Shown here one piece after another: positions 13,407 to 25,149 of a stretch of 64,000 bases of DNA. The first letter of the stretch is position 1, and each line of letters opens with the position of its first letter. Where the stretch lies: the NCBI GenBank assembly GCA_026770705.1, contig JANJGN010000052.1, positions 2,790,001-2,854,000 of the forward strand, given 5' to 3'. Under the pieces are notes generated by a model. That model was not told the DNA's origin. It ran no database searches and saw only the letters and a list, made by a program, of their open reading frames with translations. This stretch comes from Isurus oxyrinchus (taxonomy: Eukaryota). A program made the position numbers and the translations under genes.

Positions 13407-13690
13407 AGAGATAGGGAGGGTTACAGGGGCTGGAGGAGGTTACAGGTATAGGGAGGGGTGTAGGGGTTGAAGGTGGTTACAGAGATGGGGAGGGTTGTGG
13501 GGGTTGAAGGTGGTTACAGAGATGGGGAGGGTTGTGGGGGTTGGAGGTGGTTACAGATATAGGGAGGGGTGTAGGGGTTGAAGGTGGTTACAGAGATGGG
13601 GAGGATTGTAGAGGCAGGTGGAGGCTGCCTTAGGGAGGGTTGTAGGGGCTGGAGGAAAGGGAGAGAGAGAGGAGGTTACAGATATAGGGA
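13407..13690 (-). repeat. 37-bp minisatellite (CTCTGTAACCTCCTCCAGCCCCTACAACCCTCCCTAT)
   Basis: Tandem copies visible. Confidence 0.9.
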
Positions 13691-13884
13691 GGGAGACAGT
13701 CAGAGAGAGAGCCTCCAGGAGATAGAGAGCGATAGAGAGATTGAGAGACAGACAGAGACTGAGAGAGGGAGAAGAGAGAAGGAGAGTGAGAAGACTGAGA
13801 GAGGGAGAAGAGAGAAGGAGAGTGAGAGAGAGACAGAACAAGTGTGAAAGATGGTGGAAGGGAAGAGTGGGGAGGTGTTGGCCT

Positions 13885-14230
13885 GATGGTATTTTCACTG
13901 GACCAGTAATCCAGAGACCCAGCGTAATGCTCCTGGGACCCTGGTTAGAATCCCACCACAGCAGTTGGTGGAATTTGAACTCAATAAAAACCTGGAATTA
14001 AAAGTCCGATGATGACCAGGAAACCATTGCCGATTCTTGTATTTGGGTCACAAATGCCCTTTAGGGAGGGAAATCTGCTGTCCTTACCTGGTCTGGCCTA
14101 CATGTGACTCCAGACCCACAGCAATGTGGTTGACTTTTAAAAAGTGGCCTCTGAACAAGGGCAATTAGGGTTGGGCAATAAATGCTGGCCTAGGCAGTGA
14201 TGTCCACATCACATGAAAGAATGAAATAAA
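13885..14230 (+). mobile_element. tRNA-derived SINE with LINE-derived tail
   Basis: B-box-like GGTTAGAATCCC; tail GGGCAATTAGGGTTGGGCAATAAATGCTGGCC matches the LINE 3' end at ~62270-62310. Confidence 0.75.
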
Positions 14231-14809
14231 AGGACAGAGAGGGACAGACAGAGTCGAGAGACACCCAGAATGAAAAAAACACAGTAAACACTGGAAAATA
14301 AACATTCTGGTCTGATCTGGTCTTGTATACCTTCAAATGGAACACCAGTAAAACAGGGAAATAAGAGTACTGGGCCAAACTGTTAGAGAGGGGCACATTT
14401 AGAGAGAGAGAGAGAGAGAGAAAGAGGGAGACACTGAAAGAGATAAGGACAAGGAAAGAAAGAGTGAGAGAGAGAGACAGACAGAGACACACAAAGAAGT
14501 AGAAAGAAAGTGATAGAGATGAAGCAGGAGAGAATGAGGAGAAAGATAGATAGATAGAGAGAGAGGATGGTAGAGAAAGAGAACGAGAGGAAAAGAGACA
14601 AAGGCAGAATGTGATGGAACACTGAATCCTTGTCTATGCGTTTTGAAATCCAGCCCAGAACTATCATTGGAAGATTCAGCGAGTGTCCAGTACAGGGGAC
14701 CCAGCCCAACCTTCTCATCCTGACCTTCCCAGTGGGGCTGAAGAGGGCAGAGAGGAAACCTTCCTCTGTTATTCTGTTGTCGAATAAACACAACAATTCT
14801 GGAACTCTG

Positions 14810-15410
14810 CCCTTTCTATCTCACGGATTAGAATATAAGGGGGCAGAGGTCATGCTTCAGTCTACATAAAGCCCTGGCTAGACCACACCTGGAGTCACTG
14901 TGAGACATTCTGGGCCCCACACCTTAGGAAGGATATATTGACCTCGGAGGGAGAGCAGTGTCAGTTTACCAGAGTGAGACCGGGACTCCAAGGGTTAAAT
15001 CACAAGGCGAGATTAAACACAAACTCGGCTTGTATTCCCTGGAAGTTAGAATGTTAAGCAGGAGATTTGATGAAAGTTCGCATGATATTAAGGGGAACAG
15101 ATCGGGGGCGATAAAGAGAAACCATTTCCCCTGGTTGGGGGGAGTCTGGGACTCGGGATCAGAGCCTAAAAAGGAATTAAATTAGGAAGTACAAAGGGTG
15201 GGAGAAATTTGGAACTCTCTTCCCCAAACAGGAACTGATGCACGATCAAGTTGTTCATTTTAAACCTGTGAGACTGATAGATTTTTGTTATCCAAAGGTA
15301 TTAAAGGAGATGGGACAAAGGCATATGGGGCTAGTTTGCAGATCAGCCATGAACTCATTGAATGGTGGAGCAGGCTCGAGGGGCCAAATGGCCTCCTCCT
15401 ACCCTTATGT
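14810..15410 (+). mobile_element. CR1 LINE 3' fragment
   Basis: EYKG-EVMLQ..RPHLE motif; tail GGCTCGAGGGGCCAAATGGCCTCCTCC. Confidence 0.8.
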
Positions 15411-16379
15411 AATAGAAACTTACCTGTCAGAAGCCAGTTTATGTTGATGTGAGTCTGAGTCGATGACTGAACCCAGTTGGTGACTTGTTCCATACAAAGC
15501 AAGAACGTTCATGCCCTTCAATGTTCCTGGATAAACCATGAACAAAGCTGGTGACAGACAGTCTCCACATGGTAAACACTGACCGATCAACACATGACAT
15601 GGCTGTTAACCCCTAAACCTCAGCGTAAATCAGTTCCCCCTCGAGGCCCCTTGTCCGAAATAAAAGCAACGCACACAATTTGTAAAATAGTAAGTGTCTG
15701 GCAGGAAGGAGGAGCAATGAGAGGAGTAAGGGGTTAGGGGGCGTGCGCTTCACCTGATTTGCCGACATAAGAACCAGCCCCTATGTTTTTGCTATGTTGT
15801 GTTGCGTCAATATGAACACATATTTGCACAAGGTGAAGGGCGTTGCGGAGGGACTGATAGTTCTCGGCGCCAGACAGTCAATGTCCCAGTGACCTTACTG
15901 CTGGTCCCAGGCCAGTGGGACAGGGAACATCGACACTGCAATATCCAGAAATGGGTGCGATACCACACAGCTACCCACCCGCGGCTGTCCCCTTCAAGTG
16001 TTTCAGGTATAAGAGCAGGAAGCTCCTCTAGTTACAAACCAAAGCATCAAAGCAGAGCCAGAAGATCAGAAGAGACAGGCAGAGATGGGAAGCTCCCAGA
16101 TGAAATGGCGACTTGTCTTGTTCACTCTGACTTTGCTGCTCTCCCTGCAGCTGAGTCACTTCTTCTCCTTGTCGAGGTTAAGCTAAGAGATGTCCCTCTG
16201 GGTGAGGTGTTTCTTGCACATGACTCTACGTCTACCACCCAGATAGACTGGTCACTTCCGCAGTTTGATATTATTATGTTCGTGCCTTTAATATTGTCGC
16301 CCTCTATGAATTTAACATCATTTCCTTCTGTCATTTCCCCTGAAATTCTCATTCTTGTTTTCAATCCCTCCTCAGCCAC

Positions 16380-16680
16380 TCCCTATCTCTGTAACCTCCT
16401 CCAGCCCGTACAACCCTCCCTATCTCTGTAAACTCCTCCAGCCCCTACACCCCTCCCTATCTCTGTAACCTCCTCCAGCCCCTACAACCCTCCCTATCTC
16501 TGTAACCTCCTCCAGCCCCTACAACCCTCCCTATCTCTGTAACCTCCTCCAGGCCTTACAACCCTCCCTATCTCTGTAACTTCCTACAGCCCTTACAACC
16601 CTCCCTTTCTCTGTAACCTCCTACAGCCTCTACAGCCCTCCCTATCTCTGTAACCTCCTCCAGCCCCGACAACCCTACCT
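16380..16680 (+). repeat. 37-bp minisatellite in intron 1 of the hepcidin duplicate
   Basis: Tandem copies visible. Confidence 0.9.
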
Positions 16681-16739
16681 AAATCACTGGTCTGAGTCTC
16701 ACTCCAGGGAATTCAGTCCCATAATGTAGATCAACGCTC

Positions 16740-17297
16740 CGTGCTGAGGGAGTGCTGCACTCTCAGAGGGTCAGTAGTGTGGAAGTGTTGCACTATTGGA
16801 GGGACAGTACTGAGGGAGTGCTATACTGTCGGAGGTCAGTACTGAGGGAGTGCTGCTGTGTCGAAGAGTTAGTACTGAAATAGAGCTGCACTGACGGAGG
16901 GACAGTACTGAGGGTGCGCAGTACTATCGAAGGGTTAATACTAAGGGAGTGCTGCAGTGTCAAAGGGTTAGTACTGAGGGAGCGCAACAATGTTGAATGA
17001 GACATTAAACTGAGTCCCCCGTCTGCCCTCTCGGGCGGGTGTGAAAGATCCCACAGCCACTATTTGGAGGAAGAGCAGGGGGAGTTCTCCCCGGTGTCCT
17101 GGGACCAATATTTATCCCTCACCCAACATCACCAAAAACAGATGATCTAGGCCATGATCACATTGCTATTTGTGGGATCTTGCTGTGCACAAATCAGCTG
17201 CCACATTTCCTACAGTGTGAGTGCACTTCAAAAACCTCCTTCAGTGGCTGTGAAATGCTTTGGGATGTGGTGAAAGGCGTTAGAGAAATGCAAGTCT
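16740..17297 (+). mobile_element. DeuSINE (SacSINE1/AmnSINE1-like) with internal 33-bp tandem expansion
   Basis: CAGTACTGAGGGAGTGCTGC..GAGACATTAAAC..AGATCCCACAGCCACTATTT..TGAAAGGCGTTAGAGAAATGCAAGTC. Family assignment is from recall of the consensus, not from a search. Confidence 0.75.
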
Positions 17298-18199
17298 GTC
17301 CTCCTCCCCCTCTCTCTCTCCTGTACCTCTCTCTCTCTCTCTCCCTCTCCCTCAATCCTCCTCTCACTTTCTCCCTGATAAATTCTTTCTTTTTGCAGGT
17401 TGACACTGCTTTAGGTTCTTCGACGATTGAGAAATCTGTGGATTCCCCGGACACGGTAGGTGGAAATTCATTCCTTATTTTAAGGTTTCTCCCTGCTCGT
17501 TTCTTCCACAGAAAGTTTTCTGATTTCAAGCTGATTTCAGTGGCAGTCTGTCTCGGTTATACTCAGGAGGCATGTTTGAAATCGAGCCCCCCCCCCCTTT
17601 TTTTGCAAAGCTGGGAAGAGACAATTCCAAGGAAGTGAACATATCCCCACAGGAATTTTAAATGTAACCCACGCCGGGAATAGTGAGAGGGAGACTGATC
17701 CAGCCTGGGAGTGAGTTAAAGAGAGGCTGGGAGTCGAGAGTCGGAGAGAGGGATGGAATGGGGGAGGGAGGGATTGGAAGAGAGAGACAGAGAGTGGGAC
17801 GGGGAGGGGTGAAAGGGAAAGAACATAGGTGGGAGAGAGTGACAGAGGGAGAAATTAAAGAAGAGATGCAGAGTGAGGGAAAGTGAAAAGGGAAGAGAGA
17901 TTGTCCAAGAGAGAGAAATTAACAGGGAAGGGAGAGTTACAGAGTGAGCGAAAGGTACAAAAATAGTGTGAGAGAGAGGGAGAGATACTGAGTGGGAGAA
18001 TGAGACAGGGAGAGAGAGAGAGAGAGAGACAGGAAAAGGGAGAGAGGAGAGAAAGATTGGGAGAGAGGGCAATTGAGAGGAAGAGTAGGAGAGAGAGAGA
18101 CAGGGAGAGGAGGAGTGGATGAGAGGAAGAGAGAGAGATATGGAGCAGGAGAACACCTCCTCCGGTCCCGATGTTCCTCCAAAATCTCTGACATGACTC

Positions 18200-19144
18200 G
18201 AAGACTTTCAACCAGTGAATAAAAATTGTTCCAAACCACCTGAGACCACAGCCCTCAGTTACTATTCAGCACTTCATCACCCATATCAAACCCTCACCCT
18301 ACCGCCCAGCATCGAACGGCAGGGCTGAGCAGGGCATCCAAACCTTTAAATCCAGGGTGAGAAAGATGGAAGGGGATTCCATCGGCATGAGATTGTCCCG
18401 GTTCCTCTTCACAAACTGGGCCAGGCCACAAACAACGACCAGCATTGGCCCTGCAGAACTACTAATGAAGAGACATCTCCGCACCCACCTGACCCTTATC
18501 CAGCCGGATTTAAAGGGGAGGCTGGAGAAAAGCCAAGAGACGCAGGAGACCAGGCACGATGGTCATGCTGGGAAAGAACTTTCACTGTGGGAGGTGCAGT
18601 CCTTGCGATGAACTATGGAGATGGGTCCAATTGGCTGTTAGGCGAGGTGAGTGCAGTAACTGGATCCCTCTCCTCTCATGTATCAGTAAACGACATGTGG
18701 ATCATTTCCCCAAAATAACGCTGGTCCCACAAGAAGAAATGAAGTCTTCATCTCCACTTGAGTCTGGGCCACATGTAGAGGACAGGTCCCAAAATTTGGA
18801 AGGAGAAACATTCGAGAAAGCCTCCTGAGAGACTTGATTTGTAAATAGTTATTAGTGTAATTAGTTCACTTGTTATTAAGTTTGTCAACTGCACTTTTTA
18901 AGTAAAGGGGGAAGGATGTGGTAAAGTGGAGTTCCATGTACAGTTAAGAGAATGCAAGTGGATAAACCATGTGACAGTGCTGCCCAATCATTGTACAGTG
19001 CGGGCTACTGGTTCACTGTAAGTCTAGAGCTGGAGGTGGGTGTGGGAACATGCAAAAATTTAGTGCTCTGCCCTCTTGCAATAAATAATCAGCTTGTTCC
19101 AATGTCGGTCTCTCTTGGTTATTGATAGCGAGCATCAACTAACA
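18200..19144 (+). mobile_element. Gypsy integrase C-terminal fragment, polypurine tract and 3' LTR
   Basis: PYRPASNGRAE..QTFK..RLSRFLF..PAELLMKRHLRT; PPT AAAGGGGGAAGGA at ~18905; TG...CA LTR with AATAAA. Confidence 0.8.
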
Positions 19145-19229
19145 AGTGTATATGAAGGAGTGCAATTTGAGTTTACTCAACCAGTGAACTCATAGACTCA
19201 AGATATAAAACCAACAAACAGTCAGGGAG

Positions 19230-20930
19230 AGATGGACAATCCAACATGTGATCACATTTCAGAGATGTGTAAGAATAATAAAGCAGTAATACTCAGGGAT
19301 TTTAACTACCCAAATATTAATTGGGACAGCTTTAGTGAGCAAGGTAGGGAGGGAGAAAAATTCTGAAGTTGCATCCAGGAGAAGATTTTTAGTCTGTGCA
19401 TAGAAAGCTCAACAAGGGAGGGGACAGTTCTGGACCTAATATATGGAAAAGCGCAGGGAAAGGTGGAAAGCGTATCAGTAGGGGAGATAGTGACTGTAAC
19501 TCAATTGGATTTAGGACAGTTATGGAGAAGGATAAGTTTGTGCTGGGAATAAAAATTCTAAACTGGGGAAAGGCTAATTTTACTAAGATGAGATATGATT
19601 GGGCCCAAGTGGACTGGGAGAAGCTCTTTGCAGATAAAACTGTGTCAGAGCAGTGGGAGGCATTCAAGGAGGGAATAGCGAGAGTACAGAGCAGATATCT
19701 TCCTGTAAAGACAAAGAGGGAGACCAAGTCTGGAGAACCCTGGAAGAAAAGGAACGTAAAGGTTAGGATTGAGAAAAAAGAGAAGCTTATGGCAGATACT
19801 GAGGGCTCAATACAGCAGAGTCCCTAGAGGAGTACAAATAGTGCAGAGGGGAACTGAAAAAGGACATTAGGAAAGATAAGCGAGTGCATGAGAAAGCACT
19901 GGTGGGTAGAATAAAGCAAAACCCAGAGGGGTTTTTTAAATATGTAAAGAACAGGAGAATAACTCGGTAAAGAGTGGGGCCGATTAGGGACTATCGAGGT
20001 AATGTGTGTGTGGACCTGGAAGACGTGGGTACAGTCCTCAATGAATACTTTGCATCAGTCTTCACAATGGAAAAGGATGATGCAGGTATAACATCAGGGT
20101 GGAGGACAGTGAAATATGAGAGGAAATTAACACAGAGAGAGGAGGTACTAGTGGGTTTAGTGGCCTGAAAAGTGGATAAATCCACAAGCCCAGATGAGAT
20201 GAATCCAAAGCTGTTGAAGGAGGAAAGGGAAGAGATATCAGGGGCCCTGGCAGTAATTTTCAAATCCTCTCTGGCCACAGGTGAGGTGCCAGAGGACTGG
20301 AGGATGGCTCATGTTGTCCCATTATTAAAAAAGGGAGGAAGGGATAGATCAGGAAATTACAGGCCAGTCAGTCTAACCTCGGTGGTGGGGAAGTTACTAG
20401 TAAGAATTCTGAAGGACAGAATGAATCTGCACTGGGAGAGACAAGGATTAATCTGGGATATTCAGCATGGATTTGTTAAGGGAAGGTCATGTTTGACAAA
20501 CCTGATCAAAGCTTTTGAGGAGGTAACCAGGAGTGTTGATGAGAGTAATGCCTTTGATGTGGTCGACATGGGCTGAGGAAGGCTTTTGATCAGGTGCCTC
20601 TTGGCAGAGAGGCCAAGAAAGTAAGAGCCCATGGGATCCAAGGCAAAGTGGCACGTTGGATCCAATATTGGCTGAGGCAGGAAGCAGAGGGTGATGGTGG
20701 AGGGATGTTTCTGTGACTGGATGTCTGTTTCCAGTGGGGTTCCACAGGGCTCAGTGCTGGGGCACTTGCTGTTTGTGGTGTATATAAATGAATTGGACGT
20801 AAATATAGGGGGAATGATCACGACGCAAATGGACTTCAACCTGGAAAAATGTGAGGTGATGCACTTAGGGAGGGAGTTGCTGACCAGAATGGACAAGATG
20901 GGCTAAATGGCCTCCTTCTGTCCTGTAAGT
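19230..20930 (+). mobile_element. CR1 LINE ORF2 fragment (endonuclease end and RT), degenerate
   Basis: GNYRPVSLTSVVGK, QHGFVKGRSCLTNL, SGVPQGSVLG; stops and frameshifts. Confidence 0.92.
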
Positions 20931-21120
20931 GTCTATGAGTCTATGAGTCCATGATGCACTATCGGAGAGTCAGTAGTAAGGATGTACTGCCTGTCAGGGC
21001 TCACTTTTTACCAGTTAAACACCAATGGTTTGTTTATAAACAAAGTGCAGTATGTGGGAGCTTGCTGTGCACATTTGATACTATTCCTGCTAATGTAGAA
21101 TGAAGGGTGTTTGTACTTAC

Positions 21121-21417
21121 ATAGCACAGTCAGTACGAGGGTCCGCTTCGATGAAACAGATGGATATCTCACTCTGCAGCTGAGAGTGTGTCCGTGGTGT
21201 TTGAGTGATGGGATCAGGGTCAGAACAGAAGTATAGGTCAGAGTGACACCATGCTGAGTTACAGTGTTTGAGACTGATCCAGGTACGTCAGTGGGAGTGT
21301 CCCAGGTTAAGACAGGTGCTGCTGTTCCATTGCACGTTGTGTTGAAGGTGCAGCTTACATCCACACGCTTTCCTGCAATAATTTCAGCAGGGAATATCGT
21401 GGGTTTATCTGTGAAAT
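21121..21417 (-). CDS. Siglec-like gene B1, exon 3: C2-set Ig domain (DFTDKPTIFPAEIIAGKRVDVSCTFNTTCNG..LTW..LSCRVRY..TLVLTVL)
   Basis: AG at 21419-21418, GT at 21120-21119, 297 nt, phase 1-1, open; has the extra Cys typical of Siglec domain 2. Confidence 0.88.
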
Positions 21418-22343
21418 CTAACAGACAGAGAATGGATCCTTTTAGAGAAATATAACGTGAAGCATCAGTTCAAATAGAAATCACAGTCCCACAAGAGAAA
21501 GCACTTTTACAAGGATGATATCAGAACTGAGAGGTTACAATGATCATTTTAGAATTGTCTCTTTTTACACTTGTTGAATCTCTGTCACTCAGATTAATAC
21601 ACTCTCACTCAGTGACCCTTGATTTGACCAGACTGGGTGAGGGTGGAGGAACAGCTCACAGCTCGGGGAGAACAGACTCAGCATTTGGAAAAGGATATAG
21701 AGACACTGGAGAGGGTGGTAAAAAGCTTCACAAGGATGATCTCAGCAATGTGAGGCTTTACCTATCAGGAGAGGATGTACAGGCTGGGTCTCTGTTCTCT
21801 TGAACAGAGAAGGTTGAAGGGTGACCTCATTTGATCTTTCAAGTAGTGAAAGGTTTTGATCGAGTAGACATGGAACAAATGAACAAAACCAGAGGCTGAC
21901 AATATAAGATCCTCACTAATAACTCCAATGGGGAATTCAGGAGAAACTTCTTTACCCAGAGAGTGGAGAGAATGTGTGCTTCAAGAATCACTTCATTGCC
22001 TGTGAATCGATTAAGGATCGTCCTGATGTGGTGAAAGGCGCTATAGGAATGCAAGTCATTCTGTTGTCAATTTGTGGGAATTTAAAACAAGATTAGAGAG
22101 CTTGATAAGATTGGATAACCTGATAACATTGATGGACACACTCAATCTATTTAATCATTGATATTAAAGTGAGTATTAGAGGTTGCTTTAGGACTGAACT
22201 GGAAGCTATCAGCAGGTTATTGAGAATCAGACAGTGTGTTACAATAAGCTTTGTTTTGTGTTAATATGTAAACGTCACAGTTTGTGTTATTTCCCATTGA
22301 GTGTTGGATGTGAATTGTTGAGTAATTATAACACAGCACTTAC

Positions 22344-22712
22344 CAGAAATGTGAAGCCGGGTTACAGGGTAATAGTTGTAGTTATTTGTACTTCCAAATT
22401 CTATTCTGAAAAAATAAGATCCTGCATCTTCCCGTCTGATGTTGTTTATAATCAGGGAACAGTCGCCATCTTTCAGGTCTCCAGACAGCTGGGTCCGATG
22501 GCGGAACCTTGGTAACTCGTGACTGTGATCCTTGGAGTGAAAGGCAAAGGGATTGTCGAATTTGTGTTTCTCGTTATTAAACCAGATTCCGACTCGTGGT
22601 TGGCTTTCCAAATGTGCTGGATAACTGTAATGACACGGAATCTGTACACACGAACCTTCCTGCGCTGTCACCTCTTGTGGAGTGTCACCTTTCCACTCTT
22701 GTGACAGTCCAA
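22344..22712 (-). CDS. Siglec-like gene B1, exon 2: V-set sialic-acid-binding domain
   Basis: 369 nt, phase 1-1, open; GSCVQIPC, GIW, GDCSLII and EDAGSYFFRIE with the essential Arg; canonical splice sites. Confidence 0.92.
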
Positions 22713-23635
22713 CTGGGGAGAGAAATATCTATATTTAATTCTGGATCCTCAATGTCAACTGAATCTTCATTGTCACTTCATTGTCTAAGGAATCTCTTTG
22801 GATCCTCATTGTCTAATGGATTATTTCTGATCCAAACCCCATATTGTTGTATTGTTGATTCCGATGCAGCATTGTAGACTGACTTGTCCCCAAGCTCAGC
22901 ACTGACCCTACTCCAGCAGAGACTGTGAAACACACTAACAAAGCGCCTCTAGCCTGAGCTCTGCCTGTGTCAAGAGCAAAGACAAATATACAAACTGAAT
23001 ATTGACACCTTTACACACAGACAGCTTTACCTTCCTTCTCTCTTTCAGTTATCTTGCTCCCTTATTGAAGTATCTAGCAAGGTGAGAATGGACAGGAAGT
23101 GTGACACTGAACAGCCTGTCTATTCTAGGAGCTGCTATGTTGTCTTCATGGGAAATTCTGACTAAAATCAGCAAAAGACACTAATTTCAGGCCATTGCGG
23201 TCAGACCCTCAGCATCAAGTTAGACTTCATCCCCTGAATTTTGCGTCCGATTTTCTACTCAAACTTTCACCTCCCCAAACCTCCACCCCGACCCCACAAG
23301 TGACTCGATGACCTACACTGGCTCCCAGTCCAGCAATGCCTCGATGTGATTATTTTTACACTTGATTTCCAATCCCTCCATTACTCCGCTACACTCCCTG
23401 TCTCTGTAACCCCCTCCAAACCTACAACCCTCTGTGATCTCTGCACTCCTCCAATTCTGCTGTCAGACAGGGAGTCAGTGTATATCAGTGAGCACAGGGG
23501 TGATGGGTGAATGGGACTTGGTGTGAGTTTGTACACTGGCACACTGCTGAATCGGTTTCCTATCAGAGCTCAATAAGAATGGTCTTATACAAACACTATT
23601 AACCATAAACCTGTCCAAGTTGACGATGATATTAC

Positions 23636-23675
23636 CTTGGAGAAGAGACAGGAGGAAGTAAGATTTCCCGATCAT
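23636..23675 (-). CDS. Siglec-like gene B1, leader exon (MIGKSYFLLSLLQ, phase 1)
   Basis: CAAG|GTAAT donor; joins the V exon in frame (LLQ-V-GLSQEW). Confidence 0.8.
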
Positions 23676-24484
23676 CGTCCACTCTCAGGTATTTCATTCG
23701 CTCTCAAACTGTGATAGAGAAAGGAGTTAATGAGACCTCACCTCTTGTCCGACAGCTCTCGAGAGATCAGAACTGCTTTTAGACAATGTCTTCACAGACC
23801 TAATTTGACTCTCTGTGGGATGATAGGTGCTCTGTAGAGAGTTACAAGGCTTTAAGGAAGAAAAACAACGATGAACTTGCATTTCTTTAGCACCTTTCAC
23901 CACCTCAGGATGTCCCAAAGCTCATGTCTCTGCACTTCCCTCATCCCTTGAGCTAGAAAGATGTTCTGTACAACAGACTTGAGCCTCACACCCAGATCTC
24001 AATAATCAGTAGAAATCTTTCAAAGGCATCAATCATTGGAATCTGTCTTTATAAAGTCACAACATCAACAAAGGACGGTGTTGGTGGTGGAAGTGAATTC
24101 CAATCATTCCGTTACTTACCCAGGACCTGTCCGACTGCTCGCCTGGGGTGGAACTGCCCACACGCTCTGCTTGGGCTGAATGACCTCTTCCTGTGCTGCT
24201 CCCTCTGTGTATTTAATTAGAAAGGGTTGATGTGTCTCTGTGAGACAAAATGAGGAAGTCAGATCAAAGTGACAGAGCAGCTGATGTTTTGAGTTTTTTG
24301 AAGCTGTTAACCCTTTGCGTTCTGGACTTGTGATGATATTTCTGCTCAAAAGTGGAAAGTCATTGACCAGGAATTTCTCCTGTGGGTCACTGGGTTTCGA
24401 ACCCTCTCTCACTCTCTGAGTGGATGGTCACCTGTTCGAGATTCATTTGGCAAAATTCAGGCTGGCAAATCAGATCAGCACTCA

Positions 24485-25130
24485 GTGTCAGGACTGAGAG
24501 TCCTGCACAATCGGAGGGTCAGTACTGAGAGAGAGCTGCACTGTTGGAGGGTGAGTATTGAGGGAGTGCTGCATAGTCAGAGGGTCAGTACTGAGGGAGT
24601 GCTGCAAGGTCAGAGGGTCAGTGCTAAGAGAGAACTGCACTGTCAGAGGGTCAGTACAGAGGGAGTGCTGCACAATCGGAGCGTCAGTACTGAAGGAGTG
24701 CTGCACTGTCAGAGGGTCAGTACTGAGGGAGTACTGCACTGTTGGAGGGTCAGTACTGAGGGACTGTTGCACTGTGAGAGGGTCAGTACAGAGGTAGAGC
24801 TGCACTGTCAGAGGGTCAGTACTGAGGGAGTGCTGCACTGTCAGAGGGTCAGTACTGAGACAGAGCTGCACTGTCAGATGGTCAGTACTGAGGGAGTGTT
24901 GCACTGTGGGAGGGTCAGTACTGAGAGAGTGCTGCACAGTCGGAGGGTCAGTACTGAGGGAGTGCTGCACAATCGGAGGGTCAGTACTGAGGGAGTGCTG
25001 CACGGTCGGAGGGTCAGTACTGAGGGAGAGCTGCACTTTCGGAGGGTCAGTACTGAGGGAGTGCTGCACTGCTGGAGGGTCAGTACCGAGGGAATGCTGC
25101 ACTGTCGCAGGCTCAGTACCGAGGGAATGT
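24485..25130 (+). repeat. 33-bp minisatellite (CAGTACTGAGGGAGTGCTGCACTGTCAGAGGGT)
   Basis: About 19 tandem copies; the source of the repetitive ORFs here. Confidence 0.95.
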
Positions 25131-25149
25131 AAACCGAACCCATTGGTCA

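Larger units (their letters stand above)
16085..17455 (+). pseudogene. HAMP: Truncated hepcidin duplicate: exon 1 (16085-16177, donor GT>TT) and exon 2 (17399-17455); no exon 3
   Basis: Same coding sequence as exons 1-2 of the intact minus-strand gene. The donor reads AGG|TTAAG instead of AGG|GTAAG. Arm homology stops at ~18198. Confidence 0.88.
8976..18198 (+). repeat. Left arm (unique part) of a large inverted segmental duplication; partner 46727-53415
   Basis: Reverse-complement match of the leader exon, V exon, Gypsy relic and hepcidin exons 1-2; mirrored ORFs in the track (e.g. 11209 vs 50920, 16122 vs 48969). Confidence 0.95.

Noticed and set aside
15799-16431. 210-aa plus-strand ORF and the opposing 85-aa ORF
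   Set aside because: They overlap the hepcidin promoter, exon 1 and intron 1 in the wrong frames. Their presence in both arms only reflects the recent duplication.
22344-22712. V exons as Ig/TCR/IgNAR variable segments
   Set aside because: They end in GT splice donors, with no heptamer-nonamer RSS seen. The Cys pattern (CxxxPC, CSL, YFFR) is Siglec-type, not the canonical B-F disulfide.
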